A stretch of 62,513 nt of DNA, counting the filler. It is 4 parts of 4 records of this genome, joined end to end, with 100 filler letters (N's around TTAATTAATTAA, not from the genome) between each part and the next. Parts side by side here need not be neighbours in the genome. Positions count along the whole stretch, not along the records: positions 57,911 to 62,513 come from SRR20825010_121; 3 more parts are not named here. One strand, 5' to 3'. This document shows, one piece after another, positions 58,119-62,513 of this stretch. Position 1 is the stretch's first letter. Every line of letters starts with the position of its first letter. The notes beneath the pieces are model-generated. The model saw nothing but the letters and a program-made list of their open reading frames with translations. It made no database searches and was not told where the DNA came from. The translations under genes were made by a program, and so were the position numbers.

Positions 58119-61100
58119 ATGAATGCACTAGAGAACATAAAACAAAAATTAGAAGGTTTTTTACGTAAATATTATGTGAATGAACTGATAAAAGGGACTT
58201 TTTTGTTTATTGGAATTGGATTATTATATTTTATATTGACGGTTTTATTAGAATATTTTATTTGGTTTGGTACTGCTGGTCGTCTTATTTTATTTTGGCT
58301 TTTTATAACTATAGAAACCATATTATTTCTAAAATTTATTGTGAGTCCGTTATTATATCTTTTCAAAATTAGAAAAGGGATCGATTATAAAACAGCTTCT
58401 TCAATTATTGGAAATCATTTTCCAGAGGTTAACGACAAGCTTTTAAATGTTTTACAACTTTCGGAAAATGCGGAAAAATCTGATTTACTCCTTGCTAGTA
58501 TTGAACAGAAAAGTGGAACTCTTACTCCCATTCCCTTTCAAACTGCAATAAACTATAAAGCAAATTTAAAATATGTATGGTATGCATTAGCTCCAATATT
58601 TTTTATACTGATTGTTATAATTATTGGAAAAAGCAACTTGTTTACAGAGAGTTATAAAAGAGTTATAGATTATAAAACGGCATATACACCTCCAGCTCCT
58701 TTTCAGTTTTTTATTTTAAACGATTCTTTACAAGCTATTGAAGGACAGAGTTATACATTAAAAGTAAATACTGCAGGAAAATATATCCCTGAGAATGTAC
58801 AGATTAACGTTGATGGAAATTTATTTTTTATGCAACAAAAAACAATAGGAACATTTGAGTATGAATTTTCTCAACCTAAAAAAGACATTAAATTTAATCT
58901 TACGGCAAATAATGTTTCATCTCATCAATATAGTTTAGAGGTAATTTCAACGCCTTCATTAGTTTCTTTTGAAATGCTATTAGAATATCCAAAGTATACA
59001 GGAAAAAAATCTGACAACTTAAAAAGCACTGGAAATGCAACAATTCCCGAAGGAACGGCTATAAAATGGCTGCTTAAAACTACCAAAACAGATGCAGTTT
59101 CGCTACAACTTAAAGACACTGTTCTTAATTTCAACAAAAATGAAAATCAGTTTGAATTATCTAAAAATATATATTCAAATCTTAATTATACCATTTCTAC
59201 CAGTAATAAAAATTTAAAGAATTATGAAAACTTAGGCTATTCAATTTCTGTTATAAAAGATCAATACCCAGAGATTAAAGTAGAAGAAAAAGTAGATAGT
59301 ATACATAATGAAAGAAGAATTTATATAGGTCAGATTTCAGATGATTATGGCTTACAAAAATTAAATCTAGTCTATTATCCACAAGGAACAGATAGTATAA
59401 ATAAGCTAGCAATACCTACTAAAAAGGGAAGTTACGACAGATTTGCATACATATTTCCAGAAAATTTAAATTTAAATGCCGGAACTACCTACGAGTTTTA
59501 TTTTGAAGTAATAGATAATGACGCAATTAATGGTGGAAAGACTGCTAAAAGTAATGTTTATGGATATCGAAAGCTTACAAATTCAGAATTAAAAAACCAG
59601 CAGTTAAAAAAGCAACAAGAGAATATCCAGGAAATGGAGAATTCTTTAAACCAAATAGAATCTCAAGAAAAACAATTAGATAAAATTAGCGAAACAAATA
59701 AACAAAAAAACCAACTGAACTATAATGATAAAAAGAAAATAGCTAATTATTTAGAAAGACAACAGCAGCAAGATCAAATGATGAAGAGATACCATGAGGA
59801 GCTACAACAAAATTTAGAAGAATTTCAAAAGGGAAATAAAGAAAAATCTGAACTGAATAAATTGTTGCAAGAACGCTTAGAGCGACAGCAAAAAGAGATG
59901 GAAAAAAATGAAAAGCTGATGGAACAATTGAAGGAAATTTCTGATAAAATTAATAAAGAAGAGTTGTCTAAGCGATTGGAACAAATGGCTAAGCAGCAGA
60001 AAAAAGATAGGAGAAATTTAGAACAGTTATTAGAACTAACCAAAAGGTATTATACTACTGCTAAAGCTGAGAAAATTAAAAAAGATTTAGAAGATCTTGC
60101 TAAGAAACAACGTGATTTATCTAATGAAACAGAAGAAGAAAATAGTGTTGATAAACAAGAACAATTAAATACTGATTTTGAAAATATTCAGGAAGAAATA
60201 AAGGATTTAAAAGAGCAAAATGAAAAGCTTGAGAAACCCATGGAGCTTGGAACAGATACAAAAAAAGAGGAAGAAATTAAAGCTGCACAAAAAGAAGCAA
60301 CAGAAAAATTAGAAGAAAAATCTACTGATAATTCTGAAGACAATAAATCTGAAAATCAAGCTAAGCAAAAACAACAAAAGGCAGCCAAGAAAATTGAGGA
60401 ACTGGCAAAACAAATGGGAAGTATGATGCAAGCAGGGAGTGAGGAAGGAATGATTGAAGATATGGAATCATTACGTCAAATTTTAGATAATCTATTAGTG
60501 TTTTCTTTTGATCAGGAAGAGATTATGGAACGTATTCAAAACTACAATGAACAAAATTCAAACCTATCGGTATATTTAAGAAAGCAAAATGAATTACGTA
60601 CACTCTTTGAACATGTAGATGATAGTTTATTTGCCCTGTCTTTGAGGCAACCAAAAATATCAGAAAAAATAAATGAAAACATTGAGAGCATCTATTATAA
60701 CATTGATAGAACATTAGAGCAATTTGCCGAAAATCAATATTATCAAGGAATTTCTCATCAGCAATATACCTTAACTGCAACAAACGAATTAGCAGATTTT
60801 TTAAGTGATGTTTTGAATAATATGCAACAAAGTATGGCTTCTGGTCAATCTGGAGGTAGTGGTAAAAGTTTTCAATTACCAGATATTATTCAGTCGCAAG
60901 AAGAATTAAATAAACAAATGCAGCAAGGCTTGGAAAAGGGAAAAGAAGGACAAAAACCTTCTGAGGGAAATGAAGGAGAAGAACAAAATGGAGATAAAAA
61001 AGGAATGAAAAAAGGAGAAGGTATAGGAAATGAAAAGATGTCTGGAGAAGTTTTTGAAATTTATAAGCAGCAACAAGAATTAAGAAATGAATTAGAAAAA

Positions 61101-61454
61101 CAACTAGAAAATATAAACGGTGCTGGGGAGAAACAACATGCTAAAAAATTAGCAAACGAAATGGAGCAGATAGAAAACAATTTGTTAGAAAAAGGTTTTA
61201 ATGAAGCTACTCAACAAAAAATGTTACAATTACAGCATCAATTATTAAAGTTGGAAGATGCTACATTAAAACAAGGACAAAAACAAGAAAGGGAAAGCAA
61301 TACAAATACTAAGGAATTTAAAAATTCTTCTACAAATAATTTACCTGAAATACAACAATATTTTAATGAAGTTGAAATATTAAATAGACAAGCCTTACCT
61401 TTGCGGCAAAATTACAAGCAAAAAGTAAACGCTTATTTTAGAAAGGATGATTAG
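58119..61454 (+). CDS. Large membrane-anchored coiled-coil protein (DUF4175-like)
   Basis: Three N-terminal TM segments, beta-rich middle (DQYP, ISDDYG, FEVIDND), long Q/E/K coiled coil. Confidence 0.82.
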   Translation: MNALENIKQKLEGFLRKYYVNELIKGTFLFIGIGLLYFILTVLLEYFIWFGTAGRLILFWLFITIETILFLKFIVSPLLYLFKIRKGIDYKTASSIIGNHFPEVNDKLLNVLQLSENAEKSDLLLASIEQKSGTLTPIPFQTAINYKANLKYVWYALAPIFFILIVIIIGKSNLFTESYKRVIDYKTAYTPPAPFQFFILNDSLQAIEGQSYTLKVNTAGKYIPENVQINVDGNLFFMQQKTIGTFEYEFSQPKKDIKFNLTANNVSSHQYSLEVISTPSLVSFEMLLEYPKYTGKKSDNLKSTGNATIPEGTAIKWLLKTTKTDAVSLQLKDTVLNFNKNENQFELSKNIYSNLNYTISTSNKNLKNYENLGYSISVIKDQYPEIKVEEKVDSIHNERRIYIGQISDDYGLQKLNLVYYPQGTDSINKLAIPTKKGSYDRFAYIFPENLNLNAGTTYEFYFEVIDNDAINGGKTAKSNVYGYRKLTNSELKNQQLKKQQENIQEMENSLNQIESQEKQLDKISETNKQKNQLNYNDKKKIANYLERQQQQDQMMKRYHEELQQNLEEFQKGNKEKSELNKLLQERLERQQKEMEKNEKLMEQLKEISDKINKEELSKRLEQMAKQQKKDRRNLEQLLELTKRYYTTAKAEKIKKDLEDLAKKQRDLSNETEEENSVDKQEQLNTDFENIQEEIKDLKEQNEKLEKPMELGTDTKKEEEIKAAQKEATEKLEEKSTDNSEDNKSENQAKQKQQKAAKKIEELAKQMGSMMQAGSEEGMIEDMESLRQILDNLLVFSFDQEEIMERIQNYNEQNSNLSVYLRKQNELRTLFEHVDDSLFALSLRQPKISEKINENIESIYYNIDRTLEQFAENQYYQGISHQQYTLTATNELADFLSDVLNNMQQSMASGQSGGSGKSFQLPDIIQSQEELNKQMQQGLEKGKEGQKPSEGNEGEEQNGDKKGMKKGEGIGNEKMSGEVFEIYKQQQELRNELEKQLENINGAGEKQHAKKLANEMEQIENNLLEKGFNEATQQKMLQLQHQLLKLEDATLKQGQKQERESNTNTKEFKNSSTNNLPEIQQYFNEVEILNRQALPLRQNYKQKVNAYFRKDD

Positions 61455-61857
61455 TTTTAATTACGAGACCGAATTTAAGATTGAAAACGAGAAAAGTTTT
61501 GAGGATTGGATACTTAAAACTATCAAATCTGAAGACAAAGAATTAGGTGAAATAAACTATATATTTTGTGATGATGAATACTTGCATAAAATTAATGTTG
61601 ACTATTTGAATCACGATACGCTGACAGATATTATCAGTTTTGATTATTCGGATGCACATACAATAGCTGGAGATATTTTTATTTCTGTTGAAAGGGTTAA
61701 AGAAAATGCCGACGAATATAGCGTAAGTTTTGACACAGAATTAAAAAGGGTTATGGCACATGGTATTCTTCATTACTGTGGATATAAAGACAAAACCGAA
61801 GAAGATACAAAAATAATGCGTACAAAAGAAGAGGAAAAAATAGCATTATTTAAATAG
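61447..61857 (+). CDS. ybeY: rRNA maturation RNase YbeY
   Basis: TDIISF, GDIFIS, HGILHYCGY. Confidence 0.95.
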   Translation: MISFNYETEFKIENEKSFEDWILKTIKSEDKELGEINYIFCDDEYLHKINVDYLNHDTLTDIISFDYSDAHTIAGDIFISVERVKENADEYSVSFDTELKRVMAHGILHYCGYKDKTEEDTKIMRTKEEEKIALFK

Positions 61858-61898
61858 ACTACAAGAACAAACACTGAAATAGCGGGGGCTAACAAAGC

Positions 61899-61914
61899 TG
61901 TTTCACGTGGAACG
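61899..61914. promoter_or_regulatory. parS centromere-like site
   Basis: TGTTTCACGTGGAACG, close to the canonical TGTTTCACGTGAAACA. Intergenic, upstream of mnmG. Confidence 0.85.
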
Positions 61915-62018
61915 AATAAAAACCTCTTAGCAAGTAAAGAGGAATTCAAAATAACAATTTAGACGGAAGCGTCAATAAACCAACCCCATACGTGGGATTA
62001 ATTTAGAAATTCATTTTT

Positions 62019-62513
62019 ATGTTTGATAAAGAATATGATGTTATAGTTGTAGGTGGTGGACATGCAGGTTCTGAAGCAGCAGCTTCTGCGGCAAATATGG
62101 GTTCTTCTACCCTACTTATTACAATGAATTTACAAAACATTGCACAAATGTCTTGCAACCCAGCTATGGGAGGAATTGCAAAAGGACAAATAGTTAGAGA
62201 GATAGATGCAATGGGAGGTTATTCTGGAATTGTAAGTGATAAAACTGCAATACAATTTAAAATGCTTAATAAATCTAAAGGGCCAGCAATGTGGTCCCCA
62301 AGAGTTCAAAGTGATAGAATGCGTTTTGCAGAAGAATGGAGATTAATGCTGGAAAGAACCAAAAATTTAGATTTCTATCAGGAAATGGTTGCTGGTTTAA
62401 TTATAGAAAACGGAAAAATTAAAGGCGTACGAACTTCTCTAGGAATTGAAGTTAAATGTAAATCTGTTGTGCTAACTAATGGTACTTTTTTAAATGGATT
62501 AATTCATATTGGT
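62019..62513 (+). CDS. mnmG: tRNA uridine-5-carboxymethylaminomethyl synthesis enzyme, 3' end truncated
   Basis: Not in the ORF track. MFDKEYDVIVVGGGHAGSEAA, MSCNPAMGGIAKG, MLNKSKGPAM, TNGTFLNG. Confidence 0.95.
   Translation, partial: MFDKEYDVIVVGGGHAGSEAAASAANMGSSTLLITMNLQNIAQMSCNPAMGGIAKGQIVREIDAMGGYSGIVSDKTAIQFKMLNKSKGPAMWSPRVQSDRMRFAEEWRLMLERTKNLDFYQEMVAGLIIENGKIKGVRTSLGIEVKCKSVVLTNGTFLNGLIHIG

Noticed and set aside
59375-59383. Perfect DnaA box TTATCCACA
   Set aside because: Single and intragenic, with no cluster to support oriC.
39792-62513. Low-GC genomic island
   Set aside because: Separated by a linker and made of core Bacteroidota genes, so it is a different organism.

Overview
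This window is not one locus. It is four contigs joined by artificial 100-nt linkers (N44-TTAATTAATTAA-N44 at 22621-22720, 39692-39791 and 57811-57910), so synteny across the linkers means nothing. Taxon labels below are inferred from composition and gene content, not from a search. Contig 1 (1-22620, GC-rich, Marinobacter-like) carries a LysR/azoreductase pair, the gamma-glutamyl-putrescine genes puuB/puuC/puuA, a 650-aa hypothetical with an apparent calpain-like Cys-His-Asn triad, and a valine/branched-chain acyl-CoA catabolic cluster plus a Liv-type ABC transporter with LiuR-type boxes. Contig 2 (22721-39691, GC-rich, Alcanivorax-like) carries lipid/xenobiotic enzymes, split pqiA with an MCE gene, an RNA helicase and rdgC. 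It also holds five ~150-175 bp intergenic elements built from 7-bp-periodic inverted arms, and is bounded by REP-like repeats. Contigs 3 and 4 (39792-62513, AT-rich, Flavobacteriaceae-like) carry housekeeping genes (fused 2-oxoacid dehydrogenase E1, asnB, men genes, dnaK, ybeY, mnmG, a parS site). The best candidate for an undescribed system is a complete ribosome-mediated transcription attenuator upstream of asnB: a 13-aa leader peptide MSFFSLNNNNQLP followed by mutually exclusive antiterminator and terminator hairpins, i.e. a predicted asparagine-sensing attenuator.
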